64,000 nucleotides of DNA from an uncultured Caldithrix sp. (lineage in GTDB: Bacteria > Electryoneota > AABM5-125-24 > Hatepunaeales > Hatepunaeaceae): the NCBI GenBank assembly GCA_964355675.1, contig CAYHEC010000014.1, forward strand, positions 1,110 through 65,109, written 5' to 3'. Shown here one piece after another: positions 44,695 to 52,874 of the stretch. The notes below the pieces were generated by a model. The model saw nothing but the letters and a program-made list of their open reading frames with translations. It was not told where the DNA came from and did no database searches. Positions within the stretch are counted from its first letter, which is position 1; the number at the start of each line of letters is the position of its first letter. Position numbers and translations under genes: made by a program.

Positions 44695-45705
44695 ATGTCA
44701 AATCTGCTCACGGCAAAGGATCTTGCCGACTATAAACTGATTGGCGAACTGAAACTTAGGATTGAGAAAGAGACCGATAGTCGTTGCCTGATCGATGAAT
44801 CGCTTGCCAAGCATACATCGTGGAGAGTCGGCGGTCCGGCAAGATTGTATGCCTACCCGTCATCGGGTATGGCGCTTGCAAATTTGATTCAATTTTGTAA
44901 CTTCGAAAGACTGGCATTTTTTACAATCGGATATGGAACGAACTTGCTGGTTTCAGACGATGGATTTGCGGGGTGCGTGATCGACCTTGCGGAAGGCGCC
45001 CGAAATATCTCAGTGGGGCGGACAACTGTCCGCCCTACCGCCCCGGACGAAGAACTGAGTGCTGGCGGGGGAGCCTGGCTGGGGGAGGTGGTGCGGATAG
45101 CGGCTGAACACGGGCTTAGCGGAATGGAAAGACTTGCCGGGATACCCGGCGGTGTTGGCGGGGGGATGTCGATGAACGCGGGGGCGTTTGGAATGTCGAT
45201 ATCAGATTGTCTGGTGGAGGCAACGGTAGTCGATAAGAACGGTGTGACAACGGTTATAAAGAAAGATGACGTTGGTTTTGGGTATCGTAGCGCACCAGGA
45301 ATTGCTGGAAAAACGGTTACAGAAACAATTTTCCACCTGAAAAAAGAGCACAAGAGCAGGATTATTCGCACAGTAGAATCGACAATTACTGATCGATTTC
45401 GCCGTAACGTGATGACTTTACCATCGGCGGGGAGCGTCTTCAAGAACCCAATCGGAGGCTTTTCCGCGAAAATGGTCGAAGCTGTAGGCGGAAAAGGGTT
45501 AAGGGAAGGGGGCGTCGAAGTATCGCAGTTGCACGGCAATTTTATCGTCAACACAGGCGCTGGGAATGCATCGGACATCGTGAAGCTCATTAATCGAATT
45601 AGGTCGATGGTTCGCGAACGCTTTGATGTATCGCTCGAGTTGGAAGTGAGAACGCTCGGCTTTGTCGGCGACATTCTCGAAGATTATAAAACCAAGGTTA
45701 TCTAA
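44695..45705 (+). CDS. murB: UDP-N-acetylenolpyruvoylglucosamine reductase
   Basis: FAD-binding PCMH-type N-terminus (GGPARLY, GYGTNLLV), GIPGGVGGGMSMNAGAFG, SAGSVFKNP. Carries an in-frame hairpin repeat at 45021-45048. Confidence 0.94.
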   Translation: MSNLLTAKDLADYKLIGELKLRIEKETDSRCLIDESLAKHTSWRVGGPARLYAYPSSGMALANLIQFCNFERLAFFTIGYGTNLLVSDDGFAGCVIDLAEGARNISVGRTTVRPTAPDEELSAGGGAWLGEVVRIAAEHGLSGMERLAGIPGGVGGGMSMNAGAFGMSISDCLVEATVVDKNGVTTVIKKDDVGFGYRSAPGIAGKTVTETIFHLKKEHKSRIIRTVESTITDRFRRNVMTLPSAGSVFKNPIGGFSAKMVEAVGGKGLREGGVEVSQLHGNFIVNTGAGNASDIVKLINRIRSMVRERFDVSLELEVRTLGFVGDILEDYKTKVI

Positions 45706-45758
45706 TTAACAAACAAGCACATAATCAGCAATTTAAGGCAAAACTGGCGCGTTGGATC

Positions 45759-46469
45759 GTGCTGGGTATGGTTGGCTGCGCTTTGTTGGGGGGCGTTGGG
45801 TTTGGGCTGTGGCAGGCTGGGTGGACGCTTTTAGAAAAGTCGAGCTGGAGTAACTTAGAGACCGTTCAGGTATTTGGTTTGAACCGACTTACTGAGAAGG
45901 AAATAATCACCGGATCACGGCTTAAAAGGAATATGAATATTATGCGGTTGTCGCTCGACCGCATAGCCGACGAGGTTGAGAAAAATCCGGGTGTAGCCAA
46001 AGCTCGCGTTATACGGCGGCTTCCTGGCAGATTGGTGATCAAAATTGAAGAACGAAAACCAGTCGCGGCAATTTATCGAAACAAGCTTTGGCTGGTTGAT
46101 GAAACTGGTGTGATTTTTTCAGCCACCGGCCCGAAGGAAGTGATCGATGTTCCTGTTCTGACTGGAGATTTTGATCTTGGGAAAAATGGATCGGCATCCA
46201 TACGACGTGCCGCAAAACTTGCTGGGACCATCCATGATGGTTTCCCAGTCGTATTCGATCATTTGGCAGAGATATCACTGGTATCAGGCCAATTTCAATT
46301 TCGTTTGCAGGATGGTGGTGCAAGAATTTTGTCTCCTGATCCAGCGAGTCCTGCGGCGTTGTCAAAACTCGAGCACTTTCTCCAGCAAAAAGGAAACGAA
46401 ATCCCTGCTGGTTGTGAATACGTTGACCTTCGCTATCCGGCGATGGTAATTACTGGAACAGAAGGTTAA
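45759..46469 (+). CDS. ftsQ: Cell division protein FtsQ (POTRA)
   Basis: TM helix, then POTRA domain VQVFGLNRLTEKEI...RRLPGRLVIKIEERKPVA. GTG start; the basic N-terminal tail may begin further upstream. Confidence 0.85.
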   Translation: MLGMVGCALLGGVGFGLWQAGWTLLEKSSWSNLETVQVFGLNRLTEKEIITGSRLKRNMNIMRLSLDRIADEVEKNPGVAKARVIRRLPGRLVIKIEERKPVAAIYRNKLWLVDETGVIFSATGPKEVIDVPVLTGDFDLGKNGSASIRRAAKLAGTIHDGFPVVFDHLAEISLVSGQFQFRLQDGGARILSPDPASPAALSKLEHFLQQKGNEIPAGCEYVDLRYPAMVITGTEG

Positions 46470-46524
46470 GGCTAAGGCTAAGGTCAAGGTTAAGGTCAAG
46501 GTTAAGGTTAAGGTTAAGGTTAAG
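46462..46524 (+). repeat. Hexanucleotide microsatellite, 10.5 units of AAGGYY
   Basis: aaggtt aaggct aaggct aaggtc aaggtt aaggtc aaggtt x4 aag. It spans the ftsQ stop and ends 22 nt before the ftsA ATG. Confidence 0.95.
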
Positions 46525-46546
46525 AACAGGAATTCCGGGAGGAATT

Positions 46547-47803
46547 ATGCCAGTGGCAGAAACAGTTGTAGGGCTTGATCTTGGGACGACAAAAATCACC
46601 GCGATAATTGTCGAGGTGAGTGAATCGTCAGAAATGCGTGTCGTGGGCGTCGGAACGACTAAGTCACCCGGTGTGCGAAGAGGAGTAGTGGTTGATATCG
46701 AACAAACTACTGACGCCATTCGAGAGGCGGTTGATCTTGCCGAGCAGATGGCGGGGACCAAGGTGAGAGAAGTTTACGTTGGCGTGGCTGGCGATCATAT
46801 TCGGTCGATTAATAGTCGCGGAGTCATCGCTGTATCACGGACGCAACAAGTCGGCTACGGCAATATCATCTCCCAATTCGATAAGGAACGGGTAATCGAA
46901 CGAGCTCGTGAGGTGGCTCTACCAAGTGACCGCGAGGTTCTTCATGTTCTACCCCAGCATTTTACAGTGGATAATGAGACCAATATTCGCGAACCTGTCG
47001 GTATGACTGGGATGAGACTCGAAGCTGATGTTCACATTATCACAGGTGCAAGAGCATCTTCGCAGAATATTTACCACTGTGTCAAAGGGGCAGGAATGCA
47101 CCTGAAGGAGCTGGTGCTTGAGCCTCTTGCGTCGAGTTATGCTGTTCTCGATGAAGATGAAAAAGACCTCGGAGTAGCCTTAATCGACATCGGCGGAGGG
47201 ACCACCGATATTGTTGTTTTTCTTGAAGGTTCTATCCGTCATACAGCCGTGATTGGGCTGGGTGGAGAAAATGTTACTCGCGACGTAGCTTCGGTTATAG
47301 GCATTGCCAGCGAAACGGCAGAAAAACTGAAGATCGAAAAAGGAGGCGTTTTCCCACCGCTTCCTGAAACCCAAGCTATCAACGTACCGCAACATGGTGA
47401 GTGGAAGGCAAAACAGGTTGATCCAGCAGATCTGAACGCTGTTATCAATGCCCGGATGGATGAGATATTCAGACTGGTGATGCGGGAATTGAAGCGCGTT
47501 GACCTCCTTGACAGGCTTTCGGCAGGTATCGTCCTGACAGGCGGGGCTTCGTTGCTACGCGGAACGACGAAACTTGCGGAAGATATTTTCCATAAGCCAG
47601 TTAGGATCGGTATCCCATGTGGTCTAAACGGGCTCGCTGAGACTATTCAGAGCCCAGCTCACGCGACGGGGGTTGGGTTGGTCCTTTATGCGCTGAGAGA
47701 AGGCGCCGTAACTGCATCGGCTTCTGGTGCGAGAAGTCAGCGTGGCGCTATATCTGGATTATTCAACTCTCTGCGTGGGATATTCGAAGGTCTGGTGACT
47801 TAG
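46547..47803 (+). CDS. ftsA: Cell division protein FtsA
   Basis: Actin-like ATPase motifs DLGTTKI and DIGGGTTD. GGGAGG lies 7 nt upstream of the ATG. Confidence 0.96.
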   Translation: MPVAETVVGLDLGTTKITAIIVEVSESSEMRVVGVGTTKSPGVRRGVVVDIEQTTDAIREAVDLAEQMAGTKVREVYVGVAGDHIRSINSRGVIAVSRTQQVGYGNIISQFDKERVIERAREVALPSDREVLHVLPQHFTVDNETNIREPVGMTGMRLEADVHIITGARASSQNIYHCVKGAGMHLKELVLEPLASSYAVLDEDEKDLGVALIDIGGGTTDIVVFLEGSIRHTAVIGLGGENVTRDVASVIGIASETAEKLKIEKGGVFPPLPETQAINVPQHGEWKAKQVDPADLNAVINARMDEIFRLVMRELKRVDLLDRLSAGIVLTGGASLLRGTTKLAEDIFHKPVRIGIPCGLNGLAETIQSPAHATGVGLVLYALREGAVTASASGARSQRGAISGLFNSLRGIFEGLVT

Positions 47804-47820
47804 GGTGTCGTCATCTGGAT

Positions 47821-48101
47821 ATGATCGGTAGCGCGGCGATTTATCGCGCCATTCGTCCCAAACGGCATTACAGGCGCGATAAATCGCTGCGCTACCGCAA
47901 CCATCAGTTATAGGCGCGATAAATCGCTGCGCTACCGCAACCATCAGTTTTAGGCGCGATAATTCGCTGCGCTACCGCAACCATCAGTTATAGGCGCGAT
48001 AAATCGCTGCGCTACCGCAACCATCAGTTTTAGGCGCGATAATTCGCTGCGCTACCGCAACCATCAGTTACAGGCGCGATAAATCGCTGCGCTACCGCAA
48101 C
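47821..48101. repeat. Family-E repeat array between ftsA and ftsZ
   Basis: One forward copy ATGATCGGTAGCGCGGCGATTTATCGCGCC, a 20-nt spacer, then six reverse copies at an exact 40-bp period (47871 to 48071). They alternate two variants, giving an 80-bp higher-order repeat. Same architecture as 20099-20347. Confidence 0.93.
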
Positions 48102-48257
48102 TGTCAGTGTTGGTGTGACACAACACGAAGGTATTAGGGCAACAAGCCCGAAGTTTGACACCATGAGCGGCTCACATAGAGATTCGAGGCACAACTATCG
48201 ACAAGATAGCGTTATGAAAAATTGTCAAAATCATAAAATTTCTGGAGAAAGAAGGAA

Positions 48258-49574
48258 ATGAGCACTCCCCTCAACTTCGAATTCGCAGACGACAAACAGC
48301 TTACAGCTGTTATGAAAGTCGTTGGGGTCGGCGGAGCCGGCGGTAATGCAGTAGATCGGATGATTCAGTCAGGTTTGACTGGTGTTGAATTTATTTCGAT
48401 CAACACCGACGCGCAGTCGTTGGATCGGACATTAGCGCCCAGAAAACTGCAGATAGGCAGAACATTAACCAAAGGTCTTGGCGCGGGCGCTAACCCAACT
48501 ATTGGTCGCGAAGCGGCTGATCAGGACGTAGAACTGATCACAGAAGCGCTCCGAGGAGCTGACCTTGTTTTCATCTCAGCTGGAATGGGTGGAGGGACCG
48601 GGACTGGAGCGGCTCCGAAAGTGGCTGAAATTGCCCGTTCTCTCGGTGCCTTGACCATCGCAATTATCACCAAGCCATTCCATTTTGAAGGTAACAAGCG
48701 AATGGCAGTTGCCGACCAAGGCGTCAAATTATTGCGTGAACAGGTGGACACTTTGGTTGTTATTCCAAATCAGCGGCTCTTGAGTATCGTCGATGCCGGA
48801 ACCAGTTTCATGGAAGCGTTCAAACGTGCGGATTCTGTTTTGACAGACGCCACGCGCGGCATTTCCGATATTATTTCGATACCCGGCCTCATCAACGTTG
48901 ATTTTGCTGATGTGAGAACAATCATGCAAGGTTCAGGCGATGCGATGATGGGAATCGGCGTCGCCAGCGGAGAGGATCGCGGTAAGAAAGCGGCTTTGAT
49001 GGCTATTCACTCGCCCTTACTGGAAGATGTGAAGATCAACGGCGCGCTGAGTGTATTGGTTAATATAACCGGTTCGCCTGATATGACCCTCTTTGAGATA
49101 GATCAAGCGGCTTGGGAGGTCACCAATGCGGCTGGGGCTAATGCGAATGTAATTTTTGGCGCAGTAGTCGATAGTGCGGCGGGTGATGATATTCGCGTGA
49201 CTGTTATTGCTACCGGATTCAAGAGTCCATCCGTAGATCTGCCTCTGCTTCCAGATCCGAGTTATGATTTTAAAAAACAGCCTCGTCCCGACATCTCAAT
49301 CCCGACAATTACTCGTCGGGAGCAGGAAACAGCGCGATCAGCCGACCCATTCGCCGTTAAAACGAATGGATCGATCAACGGCAACGGCAACGGTAACGGA
49401 AACGGGCATATAAATGGCAATGGCCACTCTGATATCCTTGGAGACAGCGGCGGCCATTCAATTCCCATTAATCCGAATCGCATCCACCTTGAAGTCAATC
49501 TCGACGATGATCCTCCAGTAGATTTCGCAGTTCCGACATTCATGCGGCGAAACGGAAATCACGTCAAACAGTAG
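48258..49574 (+). CDS. ftsZ: Cell division protein FtsZ
   Basis: Tubulin signature [10 protein letters not shown], plus NTDAQ. The C-terminal linker contains an (Asn-Gly)n tract. Confidence 0.97.
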   Translation: MSTPLNFEFADDKQLTAVMKVVGVGGAGGNAVDRMIQSGLTGVEFISINTDAQSLDRTLAPRKLQIGRTLTKGLGAGANPTIGREAADQDVELITEALRGADLVFISAGMGGGTGTGAAPKVAEIARSLGALTIAIITKPFHFEGNKRMAVADQGVKLLREQVDTLVVIPNQRLLSIVDAGTSFMEAFKRADSVLTDATRGISDIISIPGLINVDFADVRTIMQGSGDAMMGIGVASGEDRGKKAALMAIHSPLLEDVKINGALSVLVNITGSPDMTLFEIDQAAWEVTNAAGANANVIFGAVVDSAAGDDIRVTVIATGFKSPSVDLPLLPDPSYDFKKQPRPDISIPTITRREQETARSADPFAVKTNGSINGNGNGNGNGHINGNGHSDILGDSGGHSIPINPNRIHLEVNLDDDPPVDFAVPTFMRRNGNHVKQ

Positions 49575-49615
49575 ATTAGCAGGGCGGATAGCCATCCACC
49601 CTACGATTCGCCTCG

Positions 49616-50464
49616 GTGTATGAAGGAATGATCATATCTTCAAAAGAGACGGACGAGTCAGCGTCTGAGGGATTATTCGCTGAACAACTTCCGGTAACCA
49701 ACGTCGAACCTTACGATGCGCTGGCGTTATTTTACGACCGGATGATGGCTCATGTCGATTACGGGCATTGGTCGCGATTTACCATCGACCTGTTGTTACG
49801 GCACGGCTTGACTGAAGATATACCCAGCAAGCGGCGTCTTCTCGAAGCGGCTTGTGGAACCGGAACTCTGGCGTTGGCTCTTGCCCGGTTTGATCTTGAG
49901 ATAGATGCTTTTGATCGCTCTGTGGGAATGATCGAGATGGCGCTGAAAAAGTCAGAGAAAATTCCCAATGCTCCAAATTTTTTCGTTGGATCATTCGAGA
50001 ATTTCGAAGCGAAATCATCTTATGATGCAACTATCTGTCTCTACGATTCTATAAATTATCTACTTGAGCCAAAGGATGTCACCCGGTTTCTCCGCAGAAT
50101 CGGAGAAGTGCTCAAACCGGGCGGGATATTCCTGTTCGACATTTGTACCGAGTTGAACTCAATTCTGCATTTCAATGGACGTCGAGAACGAGAGGCAGGT
50201 CCGGGATATCGATACCAACGAGTCATGCGGTACAAACATGCCAATAGAATACAGGAGAATAGCTTCGAAATAGCGTTGGATGGACCACCACCGCAAATAA
50301 TAAAAGAGCATCATAGGCAAAAAATCTACTCACTTGAGGAGATTCGAGGTTTTATAGCTGATGCTGGTTTGTCGTTGGTCGAAGAGTTGGATGGGTATGA
50401 GCGAAAACGTCCCACCAGCCGTTCGTTAAGAGTTCATTTTCTTGTCAGAAAGCCGCTGAGGTAG
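49616..50464 (+). CDS. Class I SAM-dependent methyltransferase
   Basis: Motif I LLEAACGTGTL, motif post-I DAFDRS, and LKPGGIFLFD. Confidence 0.8.
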   Translation: MYEGMIISSKETDESASEGLFAEQLPVTNVEPYDALALFYDRMMAHVDYGHWSRFTIDLLLRHGLTEDIPSKRRLLEAACGTGTLALALARFDLEIDAFDRSVGMIEMALKKSEKIPNAPNFFVGSFENFEAKSSYDATICLYDSINYLLEPKDVTRFLRRIGEVLKPGGIFLFDICTELNSILHFNGRREREAGPGYRYQRVMRYKHANRIQENSFEIALDGPPPQIIKEHHRQKIYSLEEIRGFIADAGLSLVEELDGYERKRPTSRSLRVHFLVRKPLR

Positions 50465-50485
50465 GCCATTCCCAGCAGCAGACGA

Positions 50486-50520
50486 CCCGGCTTTTTACCG
50501 AGAGCCGGGTTTTGTCTTTG
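50486..50520 (+). terminator. Rho-independent terminator
   Basis: CCCGGCT-(10 nt)-AGCCGGG followed by TTTTGTCTTT. Confidence 0.6.
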
Positions 50521-50576
50521 AGAGTGCAATATCCTCACTTATACTAAGTTGCATTCATTGGGACACCATTGTAATT

Positions 50577-50712
50577 GTTTTCAGTACGACAGACATTCTT
50601 GTCTGTCACAAAATACAATACTTTAGACAATCTCTGTTTTCGGAGACAGACAGGAATGTCTGTCGTACTGAAAACAACTTAGTATTAGGACGGACAGGAG
50701 TGTCCGCCCTCC
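50577..50712. repeat. Inverted pair of family-H repeats plus one family-D hairpin
   Basis: GTTTTCAGTACGACAGACATTCTTGTCTGTC (50577-50607) with its reverse complement at 50645-50675 (one mismatch). GGACGGACAGGAGTGTCCGCCCTCC at 50688-50712. Confidence 0.88.
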
Positions 50713-50735
50713 ATGAAGGAAATTCCAAGGTCGAT

Positions 50736-51389
50736 ATGGTAAAACTAATGAATGTCACATACCAACATCAGGGCGGAGGAGGCGTCGATGGCGTGACTCT
50801 CGAAGTCAAAGGCGGGGAATTGATCCTGTTGGTTGGTCGAACCGGGGCTGGCAAAACGACAATTCTCCGGTTGATTTCTCTTGAGTTGAAACCCGACAGT
50901 GGTGAGATTGTCCTCGAACGATTTCGTGCCACTGAGATGAAGCCACATCTGTTACCCCATTGGCGCAGACGACTGGGGATTGTTTACCAAGACCTTAGGC
51001 TACTCTCTGATCGAACGGCACTCGACAATGTGCTTCTCGCCGCGTTATGTGAAAGAAATTTACCGGGTAAGGCCCGTGATCGAGCAATAAGGGCTATTTC
51101 GAACGTCGGACTTGCATCAAAAATTCACAGTTTTCCTCATGAACTTTCTGCTGGCGAGCAACAGCGGGCGGCGCTTGCCAGAGCGATAGTAAACGAACCT
51201 TTCGTACTTCTTGCCGATGAGCCTCTAAGTCATCTTGATGCGGCAACGTCGGAAGATATAGTCGCCCAATTGAAGCGCGTCAATCAGGCGGGTACGGCAG
51301 TACTCGTTGCCACCCATCAACCGGAGCGCTTTGAATCGCTTCGACCACGGATTATTCGTCTCGAAAATGGAAAGGCGAACAGCTTATGA
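50736..51389 (+). CDS. ftsE: Cell division ATP-binding protein FtsE
   Basis: Walker A GRTGAGKTT, signature LSAGEQQRAALARA, Walker B LLADEP. The start is set at the ATG 50736 (AAGG 5 nt upstream), because the ORF-track GTG at 50700 lies inside a repeat. Confidence 0.92.
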   Translation: MVKLMNVTYQHQGGGGVDGVTLEVKGGELILLVGRTGAGKTTILRLISLELKPDSGEIVLERFRATEMKPHLLPHWRRRLGIVYQDLRLLSDRTALDNVLLAALCERNLPGKARDRAIRAISNVGLASKIHSFPHELSAGEQQRAALARAIVNEPFVLLADEPLSHLDAATSEDIVAQLKRVNQAGTAVLVATHQPERFESLRPRIIRLENGKANSL

Positions 51390-52240
51390 TCGGGTTTGCT
51401 TTTTATGAAGGATGGCGAAGTTTTCGTACTCTCGGCATCGGCGGATTATTGACGCTTGCGGCGTTGACGGTTACATTAGCGCTCGGAGCTTTGACTGCCG
51501 AGGGTTTTTTGATGCTACATAACTGGCAGAAAACAGCGCTGGAAAAATTCGAGATCGAGGCATTTTTAGTTGCGGATATAAGCGATAATGGTGCGAAGAG
51601 AGTTATCGACGAAACTGGGAAGATCGATAAAGTTATTGGAGTCAGATATATTTCCAGAGATGAAGCGGCAAAGCGCTTTAGGGAACAAGTTGGAGGGGAC
51701 TTGCTTGACGTCCTCGGCTACAATCCGTTGCCACCTTCTATCATTGTAGCGCTTTCGGGCGCGATATCTCATAAAGAGGCGTGGAAGACTGTCACCAAAG
51801 CATTAGAGGAAATCGATGGGGTGGATGAGGTTGTTTATCAGGGAGATCTTCTTCAAGAGTTGGATGAATTTTACAGTCGTGCCTCAAGAACATTGGCAAT
51901 GTTGATCGGCGGGGCGCTGGTTTTATCGCTGGTCTTCACCGGTCTGACAGTTGCCGCGGCGATACGATCTCGCCATGAGTTCATTCAAATTGTGCTTATG
52001 TGCGGAGGATCGAGGATTATGGCGCGAGGACCTTTTATTGCTTTGGGTGGCTACTACGGAGCTGTTGCGGGAGTAACGGGTGGAGTTCTTACGGCGGTGA
52101 TACTATGGCTCGCCACGTTGGGGTGGGAACTGGACGCCAGATTGCCACTCGAGTGGGCGCCTTTGATGGTAGGCGCTGGAGTGATAATTGGTGGCGTGAC
52201 CGCTGGCTGGGTTGCTGGACAAAAAATTAGAACGGTCTGA
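51386..52240 (+). CDS. ftsX: Cell division permease-like protein FtsX
   Basis: 284 aa. TM1, a periplasmic domain, then three C-terminal TM helices. ATGA overlap with ftsE. Confidence 0.88.
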   Translation: MIGFAFYEGWRSFRTLGIGGLLTLAALTVTLALGALTAEGFLMLHNWQKTALEKFEIEAFLVADISDNGAKRVIDETGKIDKVIGVRYISRDEAAKRFREQVGGDLLDVLGYNPLPPSIIVALSGAISHKEAWKTVTKALEEIDGVDEVVYQGDLLQELDEFYSRASRTLAMLIGGALVLSLVFTGLTVAAAIRSRHEFIQIVLMCGGSRIMARGPFIALGGYYGAVAGVTGGVLTAVILWLATLGWELDARLPLEWAPLMVGAGVIIGGVTAGWVAGQKIRTV

Positions 52241-52243
52241 TCG

Positions 52244-52600
52244 ATGCTCCAATATCGCCTGATTTATGATGATCGATGCGGGCTTTGCCGAGCATGGGTG
52301 GCGTGGGTAAAGGCACGAGATCGAAATAATCTTATTATTCCCGAGCCATGCTCCGAGACCTTCGAAAAGGACGATACAAGGGATAGATGTTGTGATGAAG
52401 TTAAGCTTGTCACCCCGAATGATTTTCAGTACGGGGGAGGACGGGCTATTCCGGAAATATTGAAATGTCTGCCCTGGTACCGTGTGATTGGAAGCGTCCT
52501 GAGTTGGGGGATCATGCGAATTCCATTGGATTGGGGGTATAGGGTACTGGCGCAAAAGAGACTCTTTGTCAGTGCAATGCTTGGAAAAAGAAGGGATTAG
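52244..52600 (+). CDS. DCC1-like thiol-disulfide oxidoreductase (DUF393)
   Basis: N-terminal IYDDRCGLCRAWVAWV motif, with the CxxC in the typical DUF393 position. Confidence 0.7.
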   Translation: MLQYRLIYDDRCGLCRAWVAWVKARDRNNLIIPEPCSETFEKDDTRDRCCDEVKLVTPNDFQYGGGRAIPEILKCLPWYRVIGSVLSWGIMRIPLDWGYRVLAQKRLFVSAMLGKRRD

Positions 52601-52639
52601 GAATTTCTAAGTGGCGTAGAATTATGGTGAATTCACTTA

Positions 52640-52750
52640 GAGGGCGGCTTTTCTTATCAAGCAGACAACAGGGCGGACAAGAGTGTCCGCCCTCCAAGAG
52701 CAAAAGTACTAACAGCGCTAAGGGCGGACTGAAAGTCCGCCCTCCAAGGG
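52640..52750. repeat. Family-D hairpins (GGGCGGAC-N-GTCCGCCCTCCAAG)
   Basis: Full copies at 52671-52700 and 52721-52750, with a partial copy at 52640-52654. Confidence 0.88.
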
Positions 52751-52874
52751 CGTATGTTTTCAGTGCCCAATAAATCAACTTGTCCCCTTAGTATTTACGT
52801 CTTTCCGTCATACCTGCTTGCTAAATCCTTCCGCGCTCGCTAATTTAACTTATTCGATTATCTTGGAGGCCATT

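Noticed and set aside
44889-45674. 261-aa minus-strand ORF. Similar long antisense ORFs exist at 15482-16183, 16675-17352, 10127-10723 and 8508-8993.
   Set aside because: These are shadow ORFs fully contained within well-supported plus-strand genes (murB, the T9SS cargo gene, recG, valS). They have low-complexity Ser/Pro/Arg-rich composition.
46450-46761. Minus-strand ORF ending in ..LNLNLNLNLDLNLDLSLSLNLLFQ.
   Set aside because: It is the translation of the AAGGYY hexamer array and the antisense strand of the ftsA start. It is not a gene.
47871-48101. Regularly spaced 40-bp repeat array that superficially resembles a CRISPR array. The same question applies to 20147-20347 and 58853-59020.
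   Set aside because: The inter-repeat segments are themselves identical from unit to unit (GCAACCATCAGTT etc.). There are therefore no unique spacers. The units are tandem REP-like hairpins, and no cas genes or leader are present.
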